From NCBI RefSeq assembly GCF_009914755.1, contig NC_060940.1: a stretch of DNA of 64,000 bases; one strand, given 5' to 3'. The position numbers and the translations under genes are program-made. Under the pieces are notes generated by a model, which was given only the letters and a program-made list of their open reading frames with translations, had not been told where the DNA came from and made no database searches. This DNA is from the human T2T-CHM13v2.0 reference genome, Homo sapiens. This document shows positions 13,608-25,778 of this stretch, piece after piece. The stretch's first letter is position 1; each line of letters opens with the position of its first letter.

Positions 13608-13969
13608 CTTTTTTTTTTTAATTTTATTTTAGGTTCAGAGATACATGTGTAGATTTGTTTACAGGTAAAATCGTGTCACAGGGGTTTGTTATACAGATTA
13701 TTTCATCACCCAGGTACTAAGCCTAGAACCCAGTAGTTATTTTTTCTGATCCTCTCCCTCCTCCCACCCTCCACCCTCAAACAGGCCCCAGTGTGTGTCA
13801 TTCCCCTCTATGTGTTCTCAGGAACACATAGAGTTCTCATCATTTAGCTCCCACTTATAAGTGAGAACACGCGGTTTTTGGTTTTCTGTTCCTACGTTAG
13901 TTTGCTGAGGATAATGACCTCCAGCTCTATCCACATTGCTGCAAAGGACATGATCTTGTTCTTATTTAT
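13608..13969 (-). mobile_element. 5'-truncated older L1PA (PA13-16-like) 3' end
   Basis: Poly-T, acagattatttcatcacccaggtactaagc, ctcccacttataagtgagaac. TSD tggc(c/g)tcctg(c/a)tttc at 13593-13607 and 13970-13984. Confidence 0.9.
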
Positions 13970-14488
13970 TGGCGTCCTGATTTCTCAGAAGTTCTTTGTC
14001 ATTCAAATTGTGTTTCCCTATAGGTAAGATGTCATTTTTCTCTTGCTGCTTTTAAGATTTTATATTTGCCTTCAGTTTTCAGAAGTGTGAGTATTACCTG
14101 CCTTGGTGGGGATTTCTTTGAGTTTATCCTGTTTGGGATTCACTCAGCTTCATGACTTTCTAGGCTTATGTGTATTTTAGGCAAATTTGGGGAATTTCCA
14201 GCCATTATTTCTTTGAATATTTTTTCAGACTCTCTCTCCTTCTCCTCCTCTCCTTTGAGGACTTCAACTACACAAATATGTGATCTCTTCTAAAATTCCA
14301 CAGGCGTCTGAAGCACTGTTATTTTGTTTTCTAGCCTGTTTTTTCTCTGTTATTCATATTAGGAAATTGTCGTTTTTCTATGTTCAAGTTCACTGATTCC
14401 TTCCTCTGTTACTTCCATTCTGCTGTTGAGCCCATCATTGAGCTTTTCATTTCAGTTATTTAATTTTTCCGTTTTAAAACTTCCATTT

Positions 14489-14631
14489 GGGCTGGCTGTG
14501 CACCTGTTATCCCAGCTACTCCAGAGGCTGAGGCAGAAGGATCACTTAAGCCCAGGAGTTCAAGACTAGCCTGGGCAACATAGCAAGACTCTGTCTTTAA
14601 AAATATAAGTAAAGAAATAATAAATAAATAA
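14489..14631 (+). mobile_element. Alu monomer (FLAM/FRAM-like)
   Basis: cacctgttatcccagctact...ggatcacttaagcccaggagttcaagactagcctgggcaacatagcaagac followed by an A-rich tail. Confidence 0.85.
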
Positions 14632-14941
14632 GGCCAGGCATGCTGGCTCACGCCTGGAGTCTCAGGACTGCCAGGGACTGAGGCAGGCTGATCACTTGAG
14701 CCCAGTAGTTTGAGACCAGCCTGGGCAACACAATGAGACCCCATCTCTACAAAAAAAAAAAGTGCAAAAATTAGCTGGGCATGGTGGTGTGTGCCTATAT
14801 TCCCAGATACTCAGAGGGCTAAGGCGAGAGGATTTCTTAGGCCCAAGAGGCAGAGGCTGCAGTGAGCCAAGTTTGCACCACTACACTCCAGTCTGGGTGA
14901 CAGAGAAAAACCCTGTCAATAAATTAATTAATTAATTAATT
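14632..14941 (+). mobile_element. AluJ in the tail of the monomer
   Basis: Dimer with J features. Monomer plus AluJ are jointly flanked by TSD aaa(c/t)ttccatttgg (~14477-14490 and ~14942-14955). Confidence 0.9.
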
Positions 14942-15059
14942 AAATTTCCATTTGGTTCTTTTTATATCTTCTATTCCTTTGCTGAGGCTTTCTATTTATT
15001 CATTTGTTTCAAGTATTTTAGTAATTGTTTGTTGAAGCATTTTTATGACAGCTGCTAAA

Positions 15060-15498
<439 letters not shown>

Positions 15499-15533
<35 letters not shown>

Positions 15534-15694
15534 TTTTATTTATTTTTTTTTTACTTACATTTTTAAAGATAGGGTCTTGCTATGTTGCCCAGGCTGGGCT
15601 AGAACTCCTGGGCTTAAGTGATCCTCCCACCTCAGCCTGTGGAGTAGCTGGGATAACAGGTGCACAGCCAGCCCAAAAATGGAAATTTTAAAAC
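15499..15694 (-). repeat. Inverted duplicate of the 14471-14631 L1M/Alu-monomer junction
   Basis: Reverse complement reads gttttaaaatttccatttttgggctggctgtgcacctgttatcccagctactcca..., sharing private variants and non-Alu flank with 14471 onward. Confidence 0.9.
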
Positions 15695-17404
15695 TCCCAG
15701 CCTAAAATCTTTACCAGATAATTGTAACATCCCTGTCATCTCAATATTGACATCAATTAATCATCTTTTCTCATTCAGTTTGAGGTCCTTCTGGTTATTT
15801 GTGTGATAAGTGATTTCCTATTGAAACCTGCACATATACTGGGTACTATGTCGTAAGTATACATATACTTATGACTCTATGGCTCTTATTTTAACCTGTT
15901 TTAGCTGACTTTTTCTGACCCTGCTCTGGCAGGAGAAGGGAAGTCACTACCTCATTACTTTCAGGTGAGGGTAGAAATTTCAAATTTCCCACATGGCCTT
16001 TGTGGACAACCAAGTGAGGGGTCTCCTCATTACTGCTGGGTGAGGCCAGAGTTCCACTTCATATACCTCAATTGATACCTCGCAGGCTGAGATGGTGGAA
16101 GGGACTCATTACTCCTCCCCAGTTGGCCTCCAGTGATACCATAGGAGTGTGTGGCCTTGTTATAAATGGGCAGGGGTCAGAGTGCTGACTTTTCATGAGG
16201 TCTCCTCTGACACCTCCCAGCAAGGAGGAAGAGGAGCACTTCATCATTCCCATGATGGGTGGAGGTCCAGGTTCCCCCTGTGATCACCACTGTAATGCGG
16301 AGGAGCCTCCTTATTACCACCCAGCAGGGATAAAGTCCCAGTTCCCCACTTGGACTTTTCTGACATTGCCTGGCAAGGATTTAGTTGTGCCCTTGTCATA
16401 TTCTGGTGAAGGTGAAAGTCTAGGAACCCAACTTGGTCTTTGCTTCAATGGCTTGGGGCAGAGCTACTGTGTTTTCTGTGGTATTTATCTAGAGTGGTTA
16501 TTGTATAAAAGTTTATAAAATAGGCTATCCCTTTACCTGGCCCTTTGGCTAAAGAGAATATGCTTGGGTCAGGCTTAAAAAAAAAAATCTGCACCTGCTG
16601 GTGTTTCTAGGTTGCTGTTTCCTTCAGCTCCAAGCCTGGGATAGATGAGGCAAAAAAAAATCATCATCCAAGGAACATACCTCTGTGTAGCTCCTCAGGT
16701 CCCAATGGCCCTAGTTGGTCTGCCTTTTTCTACCTTTCAGAGTCTTCTTATGTTTGTTTCACATATAATATCCAGAGTTTTTAACAGTCCTTAGCAAAAG
16801 GAATAGGGAAAAGCACATCTACTTCCCTTCCCCATGAGTAGAATATTACCACACTGTTTTCAACAGTGAATATGCATTTGTTTCTAAGCTGATTTTTGTA
16901 ATTCTATCATGATACAATTTCTTTAACGGAAACATGCATTAAGAATGAAAGTTATAAAGAATTTTTCTTAATGAATTATGTATGATAAAATGTAGTCATA
17001 GTAACAGTATGGTCTTCATAATGGGACTGGAAAATCCACAGATTTCATTCAAATTCTCATGTGTCTCCATACTAAAAATTATTTATTTTTAAATATTGTA
17101 TTAAAGTATAATATACGTACAGTAAAGTTTATACTTTTTGGTGTCCAGTTCTGTGAGTTTTGACAAACGCATATGGCAGCATAACCTACCATCATGAACA
17201 GGATATGGAACACTTTCAATTCTGGTTTTAAAGCAAATGAACAAACAAAACTTCTAGGCTCCTAAACACCTTCAGCATGTAGTCTGGGCTCTTTGCCAGG
17301 GATATAATACCCTCCATGATCTGCCTTTTGCCCCAAGAGTCTGGATCCCAGTTGGGGAATAAAGGAGGTTGATGTGGTGACCTTCAGCTTCAACTCTGAC
17401 CTAG

Positions 17405-18153
17405 TGATACAGAGAGGAGACAGGGAAACACTGGGTAGAGAGGGCAGTTCCCCAGCAAAGGCCCCTCAAGCCTGGAAGCCAACAGCCCTAAGTGGGAACG
17501 GGCATTTCTGTTTTCATGCCAAAATAGTTGCCTTTTGGCCTGCCATGCCCCTATCCTGTACCCATATAAATCCCAAACCCCGGGCTCCAGAAGCAGACAA
17601 GCAGATGAGGAGACAAGAAGACAAACAGATAAACGGCGGAATGACACAACAGAGGAAGAAAGAGGAAAAGGAATGTCTGAATGCCAAGAGAAGTTTGACC
17701 GGGGGTGGTCAGAGAGGAATTCGGCTGCTGGACAGCCAGGCTCCAGAGGAAGATCATCTTCCCAGTCCATCCCCACTTTCAGCTCCCCAGCTCCGCATCC
17801 ATCCCACTGAGAGCCACTTCCACCCCTCAAAACCCCCACATTCATCCTTTGAGTTCATGTGTGACTCAATTCTTCCAGGACGCTGGGCAAGAGCTCAGGA
17901 TATGGAAAGTTGTCACACTGGCCCTCTGCACTGCAGAAAGGCAGATGGTCCACTGAGCTGGTTAACACGCAAGCCATCCACAGACAGCAAGGCTAAAAGG
18001 GCACACTGTAACACATGCCCACCTGGGCTCCTGCACCTGTCCATGTGCATGCTAACCCTTCCTCGGGGGTTTGAGCAGCAGCAGTGACCAAATAGGAGAG
18101 CCACACTGCTGTTGCACATCCTGCAAGGGGTATCAGGGAATTATCCCAGTTCA
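17405..18153 (+). mobile_element. LTR1-family (ERV1) solo LTR
   Basis: TG...CA termini (tgatacagagaggagacagggaaacactgggtag...cccagttca). Perfect 4-bp TSD ctag at 17401-17404 and 18154-18157. TATAAA at ~17565. Confidence 0.9.
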
Positions 18154-18281
18154 CTAGGATATGGAGCCAGGGAGGTCAGGCTCTAATTCAAGGCAGGTGT
18201 AACATATATGTGCTGAACTGGAGGTACTAAAAGTTGTGGGAGCTCAGAAACAAGAGGCACCTCAAAATTCTCCTCCCTATT

Positions 18282-18805
18282 GACTCAGATATTATCTGTT
18301 ATTTTTGCTTAAAAACAACTCCAAACCTTAGTAGCTTAAACCAGCAAACATTTATTATTTCTTACATTCTGTGGGTCAGCTAGGCAGGTTTCCTGGGCTG
18401 GACTGGCTCAGTTGATTTCTAGGGTCAGCTGGCATCTCAGCTATGCTGCGTGATCTAGGCAACATTGCTCACATTGCTGGTGGCTGGCAGTCTGGCTGTT
18501 CTAAGAAGGTCTCAGCTGGATTTGCTCCTCTTGGCTCCATATGGTGCCTCATCCTCCAGCAGGCTAGCTCAGGCTCCTTCACTTGATAGTCTCAGTGCTC
18601 CAAAGAGCCATGAGAGAGAGAGAGGATGAGCCCCATTGTAAGAGTGCTTTTGAAGCCTTTGCTCACATCACATTCTGTAATGTTCCTTAGGTTAAACTAA
18701 ACCCAGATTCAAGGGATGGAGAAAGAGACTACATTACTTAATCAGAAGAAACACAAAGTCACACTGCAAAAGGTTGAGAGCAAATTTTGTAAACAATGTG
18801 TCACA
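18282..18805 (-). mobile_element. Old MLT1 MaLR LTR
   Basis: aaaccttagtagcttaaaccagcaaacatttattatt...atcctccagcaggctagc...cccagattcaaggg. Confidence 0.75.
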
Positions 18806-19174
18806 TTATGCTAGAGCTAGAGACAACAAGGCACAGAGACCATCGTGAATGACCTAGGGCAGAAACCTAAGGTGGACTTGGACAGAGCCTGAGGTTAGTC
18901 CTTCTGCTGCCAGAGACCTGCTTCTAGTGCACCTAGGAGAAGACCTGGGTCTCTGAGTGCCTGATAAGCCACAGCCTGCAGAGGTTAATGAGGCATCCTC
19001 AGGCTACCTACCTCTACATGACCAGTCACCACGGCCTTTCACCTGGTTGCTGTCTCTAGTCTCACTAACTCCTATCAGCAATCCATGGTGCACCCAGAGG
19101 AAACGTTCCAAAATGCTCTTTTTTCTGTCAAAAAAAGGGATGCCCTCTACTTTTTACATTCTAAGAAGCTATGA

Positions 19175-19350
19175 AGTTTAGTGGTGAACACATAGACTTT
19201 AGAATCTACAGGTCTGCTTCCAAATCTGACTTCAACTATTTACTTTATAGGTGAGTTTGGACAAGTTAATGAACCCTGTTAAACAGGCTGCTTCTCATCT
19301 GTCATATGTGTGTTAAGGGTCTTGCACAATGCCGGGCACACAGTACAAGA
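19175..19350 (+). mobile_element. MIR
   Basis: tagtggtgaacacatagactttagaatc...gacaagtta...ttctcatctgt. Confidence 0.6.
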
Positions 19351-19824
19351 TAACTTTGATGATGATTCCATCCCTGGCTGCAGAACAAGTGGACTCCTGA
19401 CCCAGACGCAAGGATGCCCACAGCTTCCGGGGCACCCACAACAGAAGGGAATTGTTTTCTTCATTCAGTTTTAACTTGCAACAGACAGAACCATCTCTGC
19501 AAAGTAATTTATGTGTTGCCTCCAGGCTTATGTTTGGAAGGGCTTCCTGCTCTGTTCTAGGCTGATATTCCAAACATTAACATATGTCAAGAGCCCACAC
19601 AAAGCCAAGGACGTAAAATCACTTTTCAAGGGAAAGAAGAGAGAGGGCAGTTCACAATGCCAGGGGAGATCCAGAAGGAAAAGAATCTTCAGCAAGCAGA
19701 GTGGGCTTGGGGAATGGTGGGTACCATGAATGCAGAGCCCAGGGTGGGAGACAGGGATTGCGGTCACTAAGGGGCAAGCTTGGGTTTGCCCCAGATAAAG
19801 TGGAAGCAATTATTTTTCAGAAAC

Positions 19825-20030
19825 CACTTACCATGTGCTACCTTTTTAATACTCATCTTATTTAGTCTTCTTGAAACCTATGTGAAATCAGTATTACCCA
19901 TTTTATGGAGCATGGAACTGAAGCTTTTAGATGTTAAGTAACTTGCCCAAGTACTCACAAGAGGGGCACAACTGGGATTCAAGCATGCTCCATCTGATTC
20001 CAGACAGCACACACTTAGACCACTCCTACC
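19825..20030 (-). mobile_element. MIR
   Basis: cccattttatggagcatggaactgaagct...gttaagtaacttgcccaag...gggattcaa. Confidence 0.7.
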
Positions 20031-22149
20031 CTGTCAGAGAAGGAAGGGTTCTCCCTTCTTGATATGGTTCAATTCCCAGATTGGGAAACTGGCTATTGTA
20101 AAGATTAAGCAAGCTTCCCAGGTCACAGAGTTATGAGGATTAAGAACATGAATGGAATCCAGGTTGGAGGGCTCCCACAGACCCAGGTCTTCAAGTAAGT
20201 CCTCAGTGAGACCCTTGCTAGTGCCTTCTTATCTGCTTCTCTCCCTGTCTGCCACATCACTAAGTCCGACAGATCTCTGCCATCAAACAATCATCAAACT
20301 ATTCTCCACTTTAATTAACCTGCATTATTCCTTGACCTCTTGGGCTGGGATAGCTGTATGTCTAGCTTCTTTCCTTGAGTTCAGATCCAGGAGCAGGTGG
20401 CATCTTTCTCCGTCTCCTGTGATTTCCCTGACTTACTCTTCACAGCTTTCCACACCTAACTGCTCCTCATTCATTCAGAATTGAACCTCTGCAGCAGGCA
20501 CTGTGTGGGTTGTTGAGAGCATGAAGATGAAGAATATAGAATATCTGCCCTCAAGAAGCTTGCATTCTATGGGAGACACAAACTTGGGAGATGATCACAG
20601 GGCAGTGACCTCTGACCCCTTTCCCCCACTGCTTCTATTACTTCAAAGAATCCCCGCTACTTCCCAGGTGGGAGGTGGGGCATTTGCATTTGTAAAATAT
20701 CTCACTGGCTGTGCTGTAGACAATGGATTAGTGTGGGCACAAGAGGTGCCAGCTGTCAAGCCAGTAAGGATGGTGAAAGAATATGGCAGGTGAGACACCA
20801 AACAAAAAGAGACACAACAAAGATAAAGTTGGAGGAGTGGGGCAAAGGAGGCAGGAAGTATCAAGATTATATAAAGAGTGAAAAGCCCTTGGTGACTGGT
20901 TGCCAGGGGTGGGAGGAAGGAAGCACACAGAGGGAGCTGGTTGTAATGATGGACTTGGTGGCTGCATTCAGAATTGGACCTGGGGCATACGAGGTGAGCT
21001 CAGTTATATGCAGAGCACAGAGCCCTCTGCAAATGCAAGCTTTAAACTGACTAACAGAAATCTGCTAAAAAGAAGAAGAAATAATTATCACCAAGCTGCA
21101 ATTCAATACATCTTGGGCTCATTGTTCTGATTGGCCTGACCTCTGAGATGCAAGGCACTCATTGCAATGAGGAGGTGGAGGTTACTTTGGGATTAAGATT
21201 CATGCAACCTGACTGCTTTAGGCTTTTGTCAAAGACAAAAGAAAGAAGTATACCTAGCGTTGAACCAAAATTGTATTAAACTTCTTTTTTAAACATGAAA
21301 ACTATGCATCTCAAAATATAATGGCATCTAAGGAAGAGAAGTGCAAAGTGCTTCCTGGAAATGCACAAAACCCAAGAGGTTATAAATGCTTTTGCACAAA
21401 CGGGGCATCATAAGAACCCTCAAAAGTGCTTTGATCTTGCAGGACAGAAAGTTTCACCCCCAAGTGATATATGAGGAGGTCTAGATGGTATGACTTGCTC
21501 AAGGTCTCATTCCTAACCATTAGAAACAGGCTTCCAGATTGGGGTCTTTCTGAGAAGCAGGATAGCAGAGAGGTTAAGTGTAAAAGTCATGTTAGAATCA
21601 AAATCCTGGTAAGTGACTCAACTCCTCTAAGCCACCCCTCTCACATCTCTTAAATGGGTCCACACTCATGCCTGCCTCCCTTTCTCACAGAGTGGCTATG
21701 ACGAGTCAATGGGTTGAAGCATGTAAAGAAAGCTCTTACTATAGCACCTCATGTGTAGCAAAAACGGCTGAGCATTGCCTCTCATTATTTCCAGTCCCTT
21801 CTATAGTCTCTCTGATGGAAAGCCGACTCTTCATTCAGGATGAACACAGTTTTGATAGGAAGCATGGAGGACCCCTGCTCTAAGGAATTCCATATGCATG
21901 GATGATGGGGTCTGCTCCCATGCAACACTTCGCACAGCAGGGTGGATGCAGAAGCACAAGAAGGGATGCAGCAGAGAGAAGGTGTCAGCACAGGAGAGGA
22001 GAGCAACTCTCTTTTAAAAGGTGACTTTCTAGGTCTCCTCCGACACTCACCCTCTCAGGAAAGAAGAGGCAAAGACTCCCAACACACTTTCATGCAGACA
22101 CACAAACAAGTTAAAGGCCAAGAATTTCCATTTTTACCAACAACAATTC

Positions 22150-22465
22150 TTTTTTTTTTTTTTTTTTTTTTTTTTGAGACAGAGTCTTGCTCTATCGCCC
22201 AGGCTGGAGTGCAGTGGTGCCATCTCAGCTCACTGCAAGCTCTGCCTCCCAGGTTCACGCCATTCTCCTGCCTCAGCCTCCTGAGTAGCTGGGACTACAG
22301 GTGCCTGCCACCCCGTCTGGCTAATTTTTTTTTTTTTTTTGTATTTTTAGTAGAGACGGGGTTTCACCGTGTTGGCCAGGATGGTCTCGATCTCCTGACC
22401 TCGTGATCCACCCACCTCAGCCTCCCAAAGTGCTGGGATTACAGATGTGAGCCACCAGCCCTGCC
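22150..22465 (-). mobile_element. AluY-like
   Basis: Y diagnostics caagctc, ttcacgccattc, gactacagg, caccgtgtt, ggatggtctcgatctcctgacctcgtg. TSD approximately caaca(a/c)ttct. Confidence 0.93.
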
Positions 22466-22519
22466 ACCAACACTTCTAAGCTTCATATGAAAGGGCTAGC
22501 CAGGTGTCCCTCTAAGACT

Positions 22520-23066
22520 ATCTGTTTTTCTATTGCTTAACAGACATTCTCATTCTATTGGGTTGCAATAAACCACTTCAAACCAACAGCATAACCAACA
22601 GCTGCTTAACATGAACACAGATTTTGAGGGTAAGGAATTAAGATAGGGCACAGAGGTAATGGCATGTTTCTGCTTCAAAATTCCTAGGACCCCAGCTAGG
22701 AAGACTCAAATGGCCAGGGGTGACTTGAATATCTGAGAGTTGGAATCATCTGAAGGCTTCCTTGTTCACATGTCTGCACCTTGATGAGATGGCTGGAAGG
22801 CTGAGCTCCACTAGGACAGACTCTAGGAACAGATGGCTTCTCCAGCATAGTGGTCTCAGAGCTTCAGACATTATATTCCAGGAAAGAAGGTGAAAGAACA
22901 AAGCCTTTATGATCTAACTTTGGAGGGCACATAGTATCACTTTCATCATATTCTGTTGGTTGAAGTAGTCACAAACTCACCCAGATTCAAAGGTCAAAGA
23001 CATAGGCCCTATCCCCAGATGGGAAAAATGTTAAAGAATCTGCATCCATGTTTTAAAACCTTCACA
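22520..23066 (-). mobile_element. MLT1H-like MaLR LTR
   Basis: gctaggaagactcaaatggc...ttggaatcatctgaaggcttcc...atattctgttggttgaagtagtcacaaa...cccagattcaa...ttttaaaaccttcaca. Confidence 0.75.
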
Positions 23067-24751
23067 GTATAGGTATAAATGCCTCTCAACAGGTGCGACA
23101 ATCCCTGAGGTAGAGTTGGTTGAATCTTCCAAAATGCCATGGCATTTAAGAACTCAGGATATTTAGAGACCTCCTATCCTTACACTTTAGAGATGAGAGC
23201 TCTAAGGTCCAGAGGAAAGAGTTGAGGAATGGAGTTTGCTGTAGAACAGTTAAGGAAATGGGGCCAAGAAAAAAACAATAGCTTGCCCTGTAAGTGATGG
23301 CACACTTGGTTTTCAATCACCCGTGATACTAAGGAGAATCTACACATTTGCAGCCCGTGGATTAGAAATGCAAATCTCATTTTAGCTTCTGTTTTAACTT
23401 CCTCCACTCTATTTCTCACCATTAGTGTTAGGCTGCAGTCAGGCACCAACAGACAATGAAGAACCATGTAATGGGATAAGGTCATGAAGCAGCTCAGAAC
23501 CTGGACGTTCTCATTATCATTGCTCCTAAAGGAAACCCTGGAGTCCAAAGACAAGGGTCAAAAAACCAGCCCCACCTTCGACCTGTTTGTAGTAAACTGA
23601 CCAGACAGACAGATAAATATGCTTAAGCTTATTGGAAAATTTCATAAAGTAAATTGAATCCTCTCAACTAATATTTGCATTGTGTTGAGAAGTTCCTAAT
23701 TAATGAGCATCTGTAGGTATTTCTGAGAAAGGTAGACAGTTTGGACATTTGGAGTCAAAATGCTGGTAAGCAGGGTTTGCAAGTCAAGCAACCTGTTCCA
23801 GGATGGATTCTAAATAGAGCCTTTCCTGTTTTCAAGTGGGACGCTCTTACATACAGCAAAAAGATGATGATGAAGAAAGGTCTTTATAAGCAATTTAATG
23901 TTGTTAATTCTTACCAACACACTGAGACTGCAACACCTTCAAAGATGAAGATCCTGGCTTATTCTGGAAATTATATAAGAAGACACTAAATGACATTCTA
24001 CAGTCTTGTGATATCTTCTTGGCCTTCACCATTCCTAAAAGATCCTGCCTACCCCTTTCCCCATCAGACTACGTGGTCTTGAGAGCTGATTCCAGGCCGT
24101 TCATTCATTGCTAATCTCATTGTCATCCCATTTGACAAAAGGATAGACACACAGTAGGAGCTGGGTTGAGTAAAATTTATTTGCTGGGAGAGTAAATGGT
24201 CCTGCACACAGTGGGTAATCTGTCATTGGGAGTTGAACTTGAGTATTCATTTGCTGATGGAGTCCTTAAGTTTTGGGCTATAAATGGCATTTATACTATA
24301 AGAGGTAACCTGGACAAAGAGGGGGTAGACAGGAAGAGGAAAAAGGAAGCCAGAATAATGAGCCCAACTTTGAAATTCTCTCACTAATAAGGGAGAAGCC
24401 CCATGAGGCAGGCAGAACAGTAGAAAGAGCTTGCCTCAGTGCTTCCAGAGAGAAAAACTTAAATGCCAGTAATTATCCTCTGGAGACTGAATGTCCTCGG
24501 TCTCACTAACGAAGGCAGAGGAGCATATCCCAGACTTTTCCAAAGTACAGAGGGACACTTTGGGTTTGAATTACAGATTTTGAGGCTATACTTGTCAGAG
24601 GTTCTATTTAACTCTTTTTGGGACTTCAGAAAATACTGGCTTCCAATTTAGTTTTCCATAGGGCAGAGCAATTCTCTTACCCACTTCTTTCCTCCTATCA
24701 GTGATGAAATTATCTAAAAAGGAAACAAAGATAATTTGGAAACATGAAAGA

Positions 24752-24815
24752 GTGTGTGCATATATATATATGTGTGTGTGTGTGTATATATGTATACACA
24801 CACACACACATATGC
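24752..24815. repeat. Self-complementary (TA)/(TG)/(CA) microsatellite
   Basis: ata(tg)7tata-tatg-tata(ca)7tat forms a perfect 21-bp stem. Confidence 0.9.
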
Positions 24816-24919
24816 AGGATATTACATTCTGGTATGGCTGTATTTATAAACTTCTTCACAGTGGAGATAGGGATTCTTGCACTCATGTATTCCTTCAGCA
24901 GATTTGGTTAAGGATCTAC

Positions 24920-25778
<859 letters not shown>

